A stretch of 64,000 bases of DNA from Podarcis tiliguerta (lineage: Eukaryota). Position 1 is the first letter of the stretch. Each line of letters starts with the position of its first letter. Location of the stretch: assembly GCA_965153285.1 (NCBI GenBank), contig OZ229113.1. The stretch is one strand, 5' to 3'. A program made the position numbers and the translations under genes. The notes under the pieces are model-generated. The model saw nothing but the letters and a program-made list of their open reading frames with translations, was not told the origin of the DNA and ran no database searches. Below are positions 1 through 12,900 of this stretch, one piece after another.

Positions 1-762
1 TATTGCACTTGGGCAAAAAAAATGAGAGGCACAAATACAAGATGGGTGACACCTGGCTTGAGAGCAGTACATGTGAAAAGGATCTAGGAGTCTTGGTTGA
101 CCACAAACTTAACATGAGCCAACAGTGTGACGCGGCAGCTAAAAAAGCCAATGCAATTCTGGGCTGCATCAATAGGAGTATAGCATCTAGATCAAGGGAA
201 GTTATAGTGCCACTGTATTCTGCTCTGGTCAGACCTCACCTGGAGTACTGTGTCCAGTTCTGGGCACCACAGTTCAAGAAGGACACTGACAAACTAGAAC
301 GTGTACAGAGGAGGGCAACCAAAATGGTCAAAGGCCTGGAAACAATGCCTTATGAGGATCGGCTAAGGGAGCTGGGCATGTTTAGCCTGGAGAAGAGGAG
401 GTTAAGGGGTGATATGATAGCCATGTTCAAATATATAAAAGGATGTCACATAGAGGAGGGAGAAAGGTTGTTTTCTGCTGCTCCAGAGAAGCGGACACGG
501 AGCAATGGATACAAACTACAAGAAAGAAGATTCCACCTAAACATTAGGAAGAACTTCCTGACAGTAAGAGCTGTTCGACAGTGGAATTTGCTGCCAAGGA
601 GTGTGGTGGAGTCTCCTTCTTTGGAGGTCTTTAAGCAGAGGCTTGACAACCATATGTCAGGAGTGCTCTGATGGTGTTTCCTGCTTGGCAGGGGGTTGGA
701 CTCGATGACCCTTGTGGTCTCTTCCAACTCTATGATTCTATGATTCTATGATTCTATGATTC
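1..762 (+). mobile_element. CR1 LINE 3' end, running off the left edge of the window
   Basis: The ORF2 C-terminal protein is CR1-type ([35 protein letters not shown]). It is followed by a CR1 3' UTR and an (ATTCTATG)n tail ending at ~762. Confidence 0.97.
3..671 (+). CDS. CR1 ORF2 C-terminal fragment, downstream of the RT catalytic core (partial)
   Basis: Uninterrupted 222-aa frame with CR1 ORF2 motifs, ending in TGA before the 3' UTR. Confidence 0.9.
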   Translation: MHLGKKNERHKYKMGDTWLESSTCEKDLGVLVDHKLNMSQQCDAAAKKANAILGCINRSIASRSREVIVPLYSALVRPHLEYCVQFWAPQFKKDTDKLERVQRRATKMVKGLETMPYEDRLRELGMFSLEKRRLRGDMIAMFKYIKGCHIEEGERLFSAAPEKRTRSNGYKLQERRFHLNIRKNFLTVRAVRQWNLLPRSVVESPSLEVFKQRLDNHMSGVL

Positions 763-816
763 ATTAGGCAGAGTGAAGTGGGTGATAGGGGTGCAAAGCA
801 GTGGTTAGATGTTGGT

Positions 817-1137
817 AGGGCCAACCCTACAATTAGACAGGAAGGGGGAATCACCAGAGGATGCAGATACTGACAGGCAGCAGAGACAGTCCCCTAGCTG
901 GTCCTCTTGAGCTCCTCTGGCTTTACTATCTGTTGGAGGGCAGAGTTGTGTATGTCACACAGTCTCCTGGGGCCCCTAAACTAACTTGCTGCCTCTAGTG
1001 TGATGAAGGATACAGTCACATCGCTAGTGCTGAAGTCAGATTCAGCTGTCAGCCCACTTAGCTTCTGTACAAGGACTATGGATGGTGTACCAACTTCCCC
1101 TTCACCTCAGGAGTTAAACTGGTTTGGGCCAACACTG
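817..1137. mobile_element. Degenerate non-autonomous DNA transposon (hAT-like MITE)
   Basis: The ends resemble CAGGGCC..GGCCAACACTG termini. An internal segment recurs as a partial copy at ~1220-1300. Confidence 0.35.
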
Positions 1138-2351
1138 CTTTTTTGAAGAACAAAATTATTTGCATCTGTGCCATATGGCCTACTCTGCATCCCCTAAGTC
1201 TTTTACCCCTTAAACAGGATGGGGGACATTTTCACCAGTGCTGAATTAAGATTCAGTTGCTAGTCCATTTGGCTTTGGTATGTGGATTGGGGTGTATGAA
1301 ATGTCATTTGACTCGGGTCAAATGATCTGCTTTCAGTGTGGCATTTCAGGTTTGTTTGCTTTAGGGGTACGTGAACAAGAATCAAGATAGTAAAATGTTC
1401 AATATCACCTATCAAAACTTCAGTTTCCTCTAGGATCCTGGAGCATTTCCAGAGCTCAATTAACTTAAATTAGCGTTCTTTTCCTAATTACATAACAGCA
1501 ACAATAAGCCACAAATTCTATGAAAATGAACAAAAACGAGCTATGGTGAAGAAGTGAATGTGAATCTTCCTTCTGCATGAAATAAGACAGAGAAGAATAT
1601 TGGTTGTCATAACTGCCTGGATAAATTTTCAATAATAGGCTTCTTTAAATATATTCATTGTAACAAGTGATGATACAAATATGAGAAAAGGATAATCGAT
1701 ACAACCATAATGAGAAAGTGTGATTGCCAATCCAGTTACATGAAGAATTAGAATCAACACAGTTTGACAATGGATCAAAGAGGCTTGAAACATAAGAAGA
1801 AAATAAGGTTTTGTTATTCTGTGAAGCAAATGTGATATGAAGTGTATGGGGGTGGGAATTTGTGGGCACATTTCAGTTGTACTGCAATGAGTTTTAGAGA
1901 CTTAATCAGCTGCCATTGACAATCAGCATCTAACCTGCAAAGAAGTTTTCAAAATGTTGTTTCTTTCTTTTTAAATATCAACTAAGGAGAACAGGAAAGA
2001 AATGAAAGAAATCACTCAAATGGCAAAAATGCGTAGGATAGATCATGAATATAATGTGCTGTTGCATGAGGCTGTTCCTGTTTTGCAGGCAAAAGTGCTC
2101 TAAAAACTGGGAGAAAGAATATCTTCTTACATAGACAGGAGAAGTTTGTACATTCAAACCTCAGTTTTCAAACGTCTCAGCTGCCGAATGATTGGGAAGC
2201 CGAGCGCCAAAAACCCAGAAGTGAATGCTTCTGTTTTTGAATGCACCTTGGATGTCAAAACAAATAATTAAACCATCAGGACAGCCTTTAAAGGTCCATT
2301 GTCATGTTTTTTTCTCTCCCTAGGAGGCCAAGCAAGCCTCCAGTCACCTTA

Positions 2352-2710
2352 GTAAAGGTAAAGGTACCCCTGCCCATATCGGCCAGTCTTGACAGACTCT
2401 AGGGTTGTGCGCCCATCTCACTCAAGGGGCCGGGGGCCAGCGCTGTCCGGAGACACTTCCAGGTCACGTGGCCAGCGTGACGAAGCTGCTCTGGCGAGCC
2501 AGAGCCACACAGGAAACGCCGTTTACCTTCCCGCTAAATACTAAATACTTCCCTATTTATCTACTTGCACCCGAGAGTGCTTTCGAACTGCTAGGTTGGC
2601 AGGCGCTGGGACCGAACAACGGGAGCGCACCCCGCCACGGGGATTCGAACCGCCAACCTTTCGATCGGCAAGCCCTAGGCACTGAGGCTTTTATCCACAG
2701 CGCCGCCCGC
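2352..2710 (-). mobile_element. Sauria SINE (subfamily A)
   Basis: (ACCTTT)n tail on the minus strand and a tRNA-like head with a GGTTCGAATCC B-box. Possible degenerate TSD CAGTCACCTTAG/CAATTACCTGAG. Confidence 0.95.
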
Positions 2711-2799
2711 AATTACCTGAGCCAATTAGAACCACAAATTCTTAATGAGATGCTCTTCCAAATCTGCAAACCTCATGAATACTCCCCTAGTTAGATTGC

Positions 2800-2801
<2 letters not shown>

Positions 2802-2836
<35 letters not shown>
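2802..2836. repeat. (CT)n microsatellite
   Basis: Read directly. Confidence 0.99.
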
Positions 2837-2840
<4 letters not shown>

Positions 2841-3131
2841 CTTTTTATTTTATTTTTTGAGTACAAGGTAGATGACAGAACCACAGCTTTTCTTTGTACA
2901 GGACAATTCAGTAGCACCTCTTTTCTCCTTTGCTAAGGTTGGTTGTGAGACAAAGGGCCTCTTGAGAACTTTTTTTAATTTACATTGAGGGTGTGTTGGA
3001 AGAAGAGAAAATTCTGGAGGGTTCTGTTGAAACGCATGAACAATCCTATATGACTAAGATCGCTTACAGCCCTGTTGACCCTGTATTGTATTCAGCTAAG
3101 TTCTACTCTGAGTAAACCCAATGAAATTAAT

Positions 3132-3497
3132 ATTGTCTGCATCTGTCTGTCTCTGGAGACAATGGAGTGCACTTTCAGGGGTGAAGTCAAACTGCTGTGT
3201 TACCAGCACCAAAGTGACCTCCCCAGAGTGCAAGACTGGGCAGTGTGTGTGGAGGTCCCGGGCTGACCACACAACAAGACCCCCACTCTTGGCTTCACTG
3301 ATGTGGTCCGAAGGAAAGCAGAGCAATATGTTTGGGTTGGCTATAGGAGTTGCCAGGAGACGACGTACAAGATGCCATCCAACCATCTTAGGCACTCCAT
3401 GCCAGATTTGTGTATGGTTTATTCCTTAGCATTTTCTTCTCCTGGAGATATCTCGCAAGGCAGCAAAGGTTTAGGACCAGAGTTTTCCTTCTCCTAG
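3132..3497 (-). mobile_element. Non-autonomous RTE-clade retroposon (5' UTR joined to 3' tail)
   Basis: The minus strand starts with the RTE 5' UTR-type motif CTAGGAGAAGGAAAACTCTG and ends with an RTE-like CCATTGTCTCCAGAGACAGACAGATGC. A 27-bp TSD with 2 mismatches lies at 3105-3131 and 3498-3524. Confidence 0.7.
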
Positions 3498-5736
3498 ACT
3501 CGGAGTAAACCCATTGAAATTAATGAATCATGTCTATAAACTCAACGGGTCTACTAGCATTGAATGCCATCAGCTTATGCTAGAATTCATGTTTGTTGAC
3601 CATGAGAGTGGGAGAGAGAATTCTGGTTTTTGTTGAAATGCAAGGTGTTTTTGGAGTGAGGGGAAAGATTTATTAAGCCAGTCTTCTGTTTGTCTCCACC
3701 AGTTCTGCATATCCAGAAGTAGACTGCCTCACTTTTGAGACACAGGGTGTGAATGTGAGGAATTGGTGACCAAGCCAGTCCTTAGGATGTGGTCAAAGGG
3801 GTTTTGAAGAACTGAGGTGTGACATCTCTGAGAAGTGGTACTTCAGAGCTTCTCAGGGGCTTTTGCAATTTCTTCCCTATCTTCTCAGTTGTACTGGGAT
3901 TTGCTGCAAGGCCCCAGGCCTCTTACTCAGGGGAGCTATCCCCAGGTATCTAAACCGAGCAGAATCCTGACAAAAATGGCAAAGTTGTGAAGCAGTTTTA
4001 GCCCCTACTCTAATGATGACCCTAAGCAGACCCCTCTACTTTCTCCCATATAATTGAGGGCTGCCATTTTGCAGCTTAATAGATAGGAATAAATTCAAAA
4101 GCATGATATCCAAGCATGCTTGGGGTTATAGATAAGAAGCAATGTGTTCTATCATTATTTGACTTCTCAATACCGTTTCCCTCTTTTATCAGGCTTAATT
4201 GGTTGCCTAATTTGTAGATGTCACAGAACGATTGCAAACTCGAGTACTTCTCGCTGTAGAAAGGATGATTTCTTTATTTGATATAATGAATGGCAGTTTT
4301 CTTACAAAAACCTCTCATTCCTTCTCATGTTCTTAATTGCTTATCCATTAATCTCTAGTTTTTGATATCTATAATACTACCAATAGATGGAATATAAGTG
4401 GAATTTTCTCTACCCTGCCAATCAGAGCTATACACCTTTCAATCAACAGATAGGATTAGCATTTATAATCATTACTCAATTGCAAGGTAATCCACATTTT
4501 TCTCTAACTACCCCGCCTTTTGATTATACCAGAGTTGCACATTCAAAAAGGAACGGGAGGTTGTTTCCCTCACTTGAAGTTATTACCACTGATGGACTAT
4601 TATAAATATCTTTCACCAGAATGTTATTGCCAACCCCACCCCCCAAAAACCCCTCTAATAGTTATGCTTGTGCTGATTGTATTGGGTCATGCCAATGAGG
4701 ACTTGTTATACAGGCCGACTATGATTTCTCTATGTAATGCTAATTCTTGTTGCAAGTTTGGTTGCATTGATCACTGTGAATAGCTAACTGAAGAGTGGCT
4801 TGGGAAACATTAACAAAAGAGCTTTAATTATTCTTCATTACTGGAGATGTTCATCTGGTAGCTAAGAATGTCTTTACAGCATTTGAAATGCAATACTCCT
4901 AAGAGTTGGGGAAGGTGAGATGTCTCAGGACTGTCCCCCACTCTTAGAAGCAGCCTGGCCTCTACTTTCCACAGTGGACAAACCTGTGTTGATACTCCTG
5001 AACTGTGGATTGGCCCACAACTCCCAATCTGATGGCACACTTATTTGGATTTCGCAATGCAGCTTTGGTGCACAAAAGGGGCACACACAAAAATATAACT
5101 TTGCATTAAAAGTGCATACAAAATTTAAAATTGGACTTCCCATATCTCCTTTCACAATTGTACACAACATGACGTGGAATGGACCTGTGGCTGAGTGTAA
5201 GCAAAAGTGAAACCTCTCAGTCCATTCCGGAGATTACAGGGCCCAAACCTGAGACATAGGGGCAGCCTCTGGGGATGTCATTAAGCATGATACATGATCC
5301 AATAACCACAGTTGCTGGGGCCATGTCTTCAAATAAAGAACATGAAGTCTAAGAAGTCAGCAAATACCACACTGGTTGGAAATCAAGACAGAAACCTTAG
5401 CTAAAGGGGCGTTCCTAGGTCCAGCTGAAGTATGGGGACCTTCTCACCTGCTTAGGGAGCCTGGGTGGAGATGTGATGTTTTTAGATGGGGACACTCACA
5501 GTCAGGAGCCCAGACTGACGCCCCTGAAGGCTGCAATTCCAAACACACTTACCAAGGACTTTCTCTCTCTCAAGCCCTCCTGCGGCCATCTGCCAATCTC
5601 TGAAACTTCAAAGCAGCCCTGAAGGTTTGGCAACCCCATGCACTCTCTCAGTATTGGTGGTAATGTGGCTACAGCCAGGTTGCTCCAAGAAACATATGAG
5701 CTAAACCAGACCCAAAGAATTTGTGAGCTGCTGTGG

Positions 5737-5965
5737 AGAATCGTAAAACCGTGGAGTTGGAAATGACACCCAGGGTTATCTAGTCTAGCCCCCTGCAATA
5801 CAGGAATCTCAACTAGATCATTCATGGCAGATGGCCATCCAACCTAGGCTTAGAAACCTACAATGAAGGAGAGTCCACCAACTTCCATCAGAGTCCGTCC
5901 CACTGTCAAACAGCTGTTACCATCCAGAAAGTTCTTCTTGATGGTGAGTCGGAATTGCCTTTCTT
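5737..5965 (-). mobile_element. CR1 LINE 3' fragment
   Basis: Reverse complement of the CR1 3' end seen at 540-760, but more diverged. Confidence 0.9.
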
Positions 5966-6246
5966 TAGGGAAAAGGTACTTCCAACATTGTGTAAAATCT
6001 ATAAATAAGTGTGCTGCGTGATATAAAATTGCTACTATCTTAATAACTGTAAGTAGTTAACTGTGAGAGATAAGAAGGCTACGTGTAAATGAAGCCCGAT
6101 CATGACTTTGTAAATGAGCTTTGGCAGCTTGCTTACTGTCAACAAAGCTAAAACTTTCACCAAGGAGACATTTATAGGCCTCGGAAGGTTTACAGTTAGG
6201 TTCAGAAGTTTATGTACCAGACATGAGAATAAAAAAAAGGTCAGGT

Positions 6247-7392
6247 TGTGGTAGGCCAGTCAGAGCATATTCTAATTGGCTCATAAATACAGGCCAATGG
6301 ACTGGAGCTAACGAGTTATTAAAAGAGGGTTGTGGTTATAGACTATAAGTCCTGCAGGGGGCCAGGATCACCTCAGGCAGAGAAGAGCCTGAGAGGGGAG
6401 GCGACTGCAGCAGAGCGTCTGAAGAAGAGCTGGGATCACTGGGATCTCCTTGTCCAGATATGACGGGAGAGGAAGACTCAGTTCTGCAACAGTTCTGCAA
6501 GGAAGCTGGGGAAGTCAAGTGCCTGGCAGGCTACCCACAGAGCCGGCTGGCCTTTGAAACGGGGTGAAGCACCCAGAGGCAGAGCTAGCTGCTCCGGCAC
6601 CCGGAGGGGCGCACATGCTGTGCACCCAGGGGTGGGGCCATGGGGGCGGGGCGAGCTTCCCAGGGGAGCGCCACTCACGGTGAGCGTCCCAGGGAGTGAG
6701 ACGCCCATGGGGGGGTGGGTGAAGCGAGCTGCTCATGGCGGGCTGCTTCCTGGGTGGGTGGGGGAGGGAGGGAGCTGCGCTGCTTTGTGAGCAGCCTTCC
6801 TCCCTTCCCTTTTCCTTTTGACAGCTCAGGGGAGGCTCCCCCCTCCAGGAAGCAGCCCGGGAGCAGGGGACAATGGCCTGCTGCCCGCCCGTGACTCCCA
6901 AGCCTCCCCTAAGATGTCAAAACGAAGGGGGAAAGGGGGAAGGCCACTGGCAGTGTGGCACAGCTCCACCCCTTCCCCCTACAGCTTGGAATAGGCTTGG
7001 GAGGCGCGAGTGGGCAGCGTGCCAAATGTCACCACCCTCAGTAATGGCATCCGGGGCAGAACGCCCCCACCGCCCCCTTCCTCCGCCCCTGGAAGCACCT
7101 GCCTCAGGCAGCAGAAGCACAAGAAGCAGCGCCTCACCTGCCCCACCTACTTCCATCGCTACCCAACAGCGGAGAAGTTGAGCCACAATGCCTTGCAAAG
7201 TGTCCCAGCCCCTGTTGAGTTCGAGAGATTGATGTTCCCGCACACAGCATTGCTGCTCGTCTTCCCTGCCCTGCGGGTGGGTGGGTAAAATTTCTATCTT
7301 CCATTGGTGATACACCCATGATGGAGTCCCGTATAACCACTAAACCTTATTCTGTTGCTCTGTACTTGTGTTCTGCCACTGGTAACACTACA
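6247..7392 (+). mobile_element. Putative solo LTR (Gypsy-like) carrying a nested insertion
   Basis: TGTGGT...ACTACA termini, CCAAT and TATA-like (TATTAAAA) boxes, and a 9-bp internal inverted repeat GTGGTTATA/TATAACCAC (6332/7332). No TSD is visible. Confidence 0.5.
6538..7157. mobile_element. GC-rich hAT-like non-autonomous transposon nested in the LTR
   Basis: Exact 8-bp TSD GCTACCCA at 6530-6537 and 7158-7165. The left end is CAGAGCCGGCTGG. The right terminal inverted repeat (TIR) is eroded. Confidence 0.65.
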
Positions 7393-8689
7393 TTTTTAAA
7401 CGTTTCTCCTAGTTCTTTTAATGCATTTCACAGCTGGAAAAATTTCCCCCTTCAATCCCTGGGTGTTTTCGGGAAGGGGATAGAGAAACCAGCAGCTTCT
7501 TAAGAGTCCATCCTCATGATTCTTCTATCATGAGGCTATGGCAGTAGTAGGAGCAACTTTGCCCGTTGGTATTCTGCTCTACAGATAAGTCATAATACAC
7601 TGTTATTCTTTTTCCTCCTGGCATGATTAAAGCAGAAAGTTTCAATATGTTTTATGTTCCTGCAATTTTATTAGCCAGTGCTTAAAACGTCTACTTCCAG
7701 AGGACATGTGTAAAGGTCATGTGGTGAGCTGGCTTGATGGCTATCTTTATCACCTTGCCAGTGACTGCGCAGGCAGATTGGGGTCACTGCAGGCTGGGGG
7801 AAAAGGCTGAGCAGAAAATCTAAGCGAAGGAGGATTAGAAAACAATTTGTCTAGAAAATGACACTTCCAGAGAAAGAGTGAAGGAAGGCCCCTAGAAATA
7901 CCGACTCACCTGAAAAGGTCCTGGTAGGTCCCTATGGGATAAATGGGGATTATAGTTTTTCAGGCTGAAGTCTATGCTAATTTTCCTTGTGTTAAATGAT
8001 TAAAGCATGCCCTGTGAGAAGCTTATGCTAAACTCAAGTGCTCAGTGTCTCACTGGGGGAAGTAATTTGACAGTCTGAAGCCAAGTCTCCTGCAGGGAGT
8101 AATTTGCAGGGATGAACCAAATTCTCATAAAAAGAGAAGATGACTCAACTTGAGCCTGGTGAATTTGACCCACTCAGGATCTCACTGGTACTTGATACCC
8201 GAGGCAAATATCTTGACAAGGCAGGCCAAGCCGTTGCAGACTTTGGAAACCACCAAATGTGTGGTGCACATGTGAGCCACAAAACAATAGGTCTACACAC
8301 GGGCTACTCACATGTAGAGCATGGCGTGCTGAGTCAGAAGTAAAATTGTGCTTTTAACCCCTCCCTGACATCTTCTCTGCTTCTGTCAATAACCACACCT
8401 TGTGTGGAGTTTCTTCAGAATCTCACACATTGTTGTTGTTGCTTTACACAAAAGCATGCACAATACTTGACTGTTTCAAGAATCAGACACTATGTTTGGC
8501 GAGGGGCTAAAAGCTGTGCCCTCTTCCCAATTCAATATACATTTGCCCTACACATGAGTAATGTGCATCTAGGGTTAAGTGTCTAGCTAAAATGGTAAGC
8601 AAGAACGTATGACATCTGTGTGAGGAAACAAATTCTATTTACTACTAGAATGTGGGCTTACTACATGCTAGTAGGCTCAAAGCAGACTA

Positions 8690-8990
8690 TGATTTTGTTC
8701 AGTCTGCATTTTTAGCTGAACCTACCTAATTCATACCTCCTGGACACACAGATTAGAACATGCCCCAAAATTCATATTTAAAATGTATACTTTAGTATAA
8801 AAGTGTCATGCAAATAAATCTGTACCTTAGTGAAAAAAATATTTTGTAGAAAATGCATATAAAAACAATGCACATTTTAGTGTTGTTTTTTATTTTTTAA
8901 AAACCCGATCTGTCCTGTTTCCACAGATTTATGAATGAACGCACGGAAAACTGACACGGATCAGAAACAGACTGATCTCTCCATCCGTAC
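8690..8990. mobile_element. Old AT-rich MITE-like repeat
   Basis: Shares AAAATGCATAT-type internal repeats and a CATCC(C)TA-like end with the copy at 43000-43373. Confidence 0.45.
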
Positions 8991-9157
8991 AGCTAACAAA
9001 AGGATATTCCTCTTCATACAATGAATCATTCATGTAGTAAATTCCCTATTGCAAGGTATGGTGATGACAGCTCACTTAGGTCACTTTTTCAAAAGAAGAG
9101 AGGAACTTGTGGAGTTTATGAATTAGCCATGACAGCTGAATAGAGCCTCTTATCAAC

Positions 9158-9460
9158 AGGAAGGGTGGCAAATTTCAGGTCCAGGGACCAGGTGTGGCCC
9201 TCCAGGCTTCTCACCTGGCCCTTGGAATACTCTCCAGGCCACATAGCTCACTGGCCCTCTTTCATACCCTAAGTGTTTTTGCGTGGCAGGACTGTGTCCT
9301 TGAGAAGTGATCATGCCTCTAGCTTGTTTGGATGATGGGCAGAGAGGGTTGTGTTAATTTGTTCAGAAGCTTCCACTATACAAAGGTAAAAATTGCACCT
9401 GCTCCCCCTCCTATTTTTGCCTCTGGCTCCACCCATGTGTGCCTCAAACATTGGCCCTTT
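9158..9460. mobile_element. Degenerate hAT-like MITE
   Basis: Homologous to 29115-29450 (shared GCCCTCCAGG and TGTGTCCTTGA segments). Confidence 0.5.
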
Positions 9461-10288
9461 TATTCGTGGGCAAATAAAAATGGTTCTTTTCATGGCTGTG
9501 AATAAGCTCTCCAGAAGAAGCCAGCTGACCACCACTGAAAACAAACAAAAGCAAAGAAACCAAGAATGGTGGGCAAGATTAACCTTTGGTCTGATGCCAA
9601 CAAGAATCTTCTTTAAATTTGTGTTTGGTAGTAGTCATATTGTGCAATTTCAGCTGTAAACAATTTCTGCTGTATTACCAATTCAGAAGACAGAGATGAA
9701 CCCAGTGCCAAAACGTGTCTTCAGCCTATCCATCATACTTTAGCAAAGTTGTTGTTGCTGCTGTTGTCTTTTTGGACACTCAGCTCATGCAATTAGGAAT
9801 GCCTAGTTACTGCAGGGCATAAACAGCAAAACAGAGGACTAGTGAGAGTTTATAAAGGGGCTGAAAAGGGAGCCTAAGTAGATGGAGCAGGGTTACACAT
9901 GTTCTTTATCAAAATTCTCTAGGGCATATGGCCATGTTTGGACTATCATATCTGAGTTTATAAGCAGAAATATAAAATAAGCCTTAGGTACTTGCATACC
10001 ACACCTTTGTTCTTCCCTTCACACAAGACAGGAAACAAGTCACACTTAATACAAGGAAGGCTTCAGATAACTATAGTTTCCATTACATCTGAACAGCGAA
10101 AATGGGTTCAATGGCTTCCTGAAGAGACAAGATAGAAAACCATAGCATAAAGTAAGTTTAAATCTTACCTTGTTTGGGAGCTATTAACCACAGTTTCCTG
10201 ATTTGTTTTCAGCAAACTACAGTTAACTTAAGATTTCCTGCCTTGTTTGTTTGGTTGCAGGAGAATGAGGCTTGATGATATTGACTTA

Positions 10289-10603
10289 AAGGTAAAGGGA
10301 GCCCTGACCGTTAAGTCCAGTCGCAGATGACTCTGGGGTTGCAGCGCTGATCTCTCTTTACTGGCCGAGGGAGTTGGCGTTTGTCTGCAGACAGCTTCTG
10401 GGTCATGTGGCCAGCATGACTAAGCCGCTTCTGGCGAACCAGAGCAGCGCACGGAAATGCTGTTTACCTTCCCGCTGGAGCAGTACCTATTTATTTACTT
10501 GCACTTGAATGTACTTTCGAACTGCTAGGTTGGCAGGAGCAGGGACCGAGCAATGGGAGCTCACCCCATCGCAGGGATTTTAACTGCCGACCTTCCAATT
10601 GGC
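10289..10603 (-). mobile_element. Sauria SINE (subfamily B), 5'-truncated
   Basis: Body matches the other copies. TSD ATATTGACTTA/ATGTTGACTTA at 10278-10288 and 10604-10614. Confidence 0.95.
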
Positions 10604-10680
10604 ATGTTGACTTACTGACTCCAAAAATGATCAGCTGAGTGTGAACATTGTCCTCTGACTTTGGCAACCAATGTGATATG

Positions 10681-11098
10681 GGCAACCAATATGATAAAAG
10701 TGCATGGAAACCAAGCCTTATGAGGAATGGTTAAGGAAGTTGGGGATGAGAGGAGACTGAGAGGAGATATAATACCATCTTCAAATATATAAAGGGCTGT
10801 CACATGGAAGATGGAGGAAGCTTGTTTTCTCTTGCTCTGGAGGGTAGGACCCAAACCAAAGGATTCAAGTTAAAAGCAAGGAGATTCCTACTAAACATCG
10901 GGAAGGACTTTCTGACAGTAAAGAGCAGTTCGACAGTGGAACTGACTCCTTCAGAAGGTAATAGACCTTTGGTGGTTTTCAAGCAGAGGTTGGATGGCCA
11001 TCTGTCATGGATGCTTTAGTTGAGATTCCTGCATTGCAGGGGGCTGGACTAAATGACCCTAAGGATCCCTTCCAACTCTACAGTTATATGATACTATG
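10681..11098 (+). mobile_element. CR1 LINE 3' fragment (degenerate)
   Basis: Homologous to 312-760, with a decayed ATTCTATG tail. Confidence 0.92.
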
Positions 11099-12900
11099 GC
11101 ACACCTAGGATTTTTTTTTTTTTTTAAAGAACCACAAATTTCAATTATAATGTTGTAACTTAAAAACAACAACAACCTATTATACAAATTCTGAAATTCA
11201 TGAAACCCAAAATTTGGGGGGTTCTTATTGAACATCCAAAAATGATTTTTTCTCCCAGAAGCCCTGGATGTCAATCCAAACCACTTTTCTCTTCATAATT
11301 ATTGAATCAATTTCCAAGTCCTTGCAAAATTCTGTCAACACACTATGTTGTTATTTATACGATAGCATGCAGATATAGACATAGACGAAGCATATGTAAA
11401 TGCTTTTGCAATGTTGTTGCAGTGTTGCTGTTGTCTAAAGAAAAGAAAAAGTACAGGTAATTCAAGGCAATGTATGCTTTGCTTGATTTATTAAAAAAAA
11501 AAAATTCTGAAGTTCTGCATTTCCTTTAAGATGTACTTTTGTGGAGTAGCACACCCTGGGAGAAATTATTCAAAAATTGCACTAATGAGTGTCAAACTGC
11601 ATTGCAAGGCAGTTTGAAAATTGTCCTATTAATTAATGGTGTAATTAAGCTTTTGTCATTGACATATCATATTTCTGACAGGAATAGATGGCCTATGCAA
11701 GCCTGCGCTAGGCAGCAATCCAGGCAGCTAGTGTGTATAATGGATGGCAGCAATTTAATGCAGGTTTACAGTGATGGGACCACCTGCATTGGGGGAGAGC
11801 TGGCAGTAGCATACCAAGCAGTTCTGTGCACTGCATCTCGGCAAAATCGCCTTAGCTTAGATTGATGGAATCCTCCCTCGGATGACACATTAGCTCTTTG
11901 CCATTAAACCATAAAAAAAAAGTGTTTCTCGGTGCTTTTGTGACAAAAATGTCAATTAACTTCCAACTTTCATTTCCATTTAATTTCGTATTCCCTGGCT
12001 CATTTGCATATTAATGCGAACGTGGTATAGAACAGTTCGATTAGAATACCTTGGTAAGGCTAATAGCATGTAATGCATACTTATTGGGTATAATAGTTAG
12101 AAAAACATGAAAGTTTCTGGGAAATTTATTACCATGGTAGTATCTTCACATGGGAAGGGGGGGGGGGATAATATCAAGCCATTGACAACATGAGTAGGTG
12201 GCATATTCAATAGGGCCGACTAAAAATAGAACGAGGGTAGAAGAGAAATTTCTAAGTGCAAATGAGTGCAATATAAACCATTTTATTCTGTTCCTCCCTT
12301 GGCAACAGATCTCTATTAATTCTAATATTAATAATTTATAGCCTAGTGCAGTTAACAAGAACTCAAGAATTTAATCTGGGGGAGAAAAGAGGAAGAAAAC
12401 TATGAGGAAAGAATTTAAGTGTAGGACAGATTTAGCTTCTTTGTGCCTACACAGGTCACATGCTCAGATTTGTTATTGCATGTCCAAGAATGCAAACCTT
12501 GGCTGTTTGTAACTGTTGAGAAATGTGATTCTTCTGCTGTCACTAACTAGCCTAAAATATAGGAAGAGAAAGGTAGTAAAGGCTAATGCAATATCAAAAC
12601 AAGTACCTGCCCTGATTTAAATTTCTGAAGTTCCCCGCAGCTCAAAATGTGAACGAGATTTCATGGACGCTGTTTAGGAGTGTCCATTTAAGGAGAGGAA
12701 CTTCTTGACAGGTTATTTCCCTCAGCATCACCTGAGAAAAACCATACTAGCTTTACACAATGAATTACTAGTATTACAAATAGAGCTGAGCTACCACCAC
12801 CCACGCCCACCCCCACCCCACCCCAAAAGAGCAGGTTTGGAAAGTTTGGCAAACTTCCCTTCTTTTCAGCAATTTGGGGGAGGGTCCTAAAAAAGGATTA

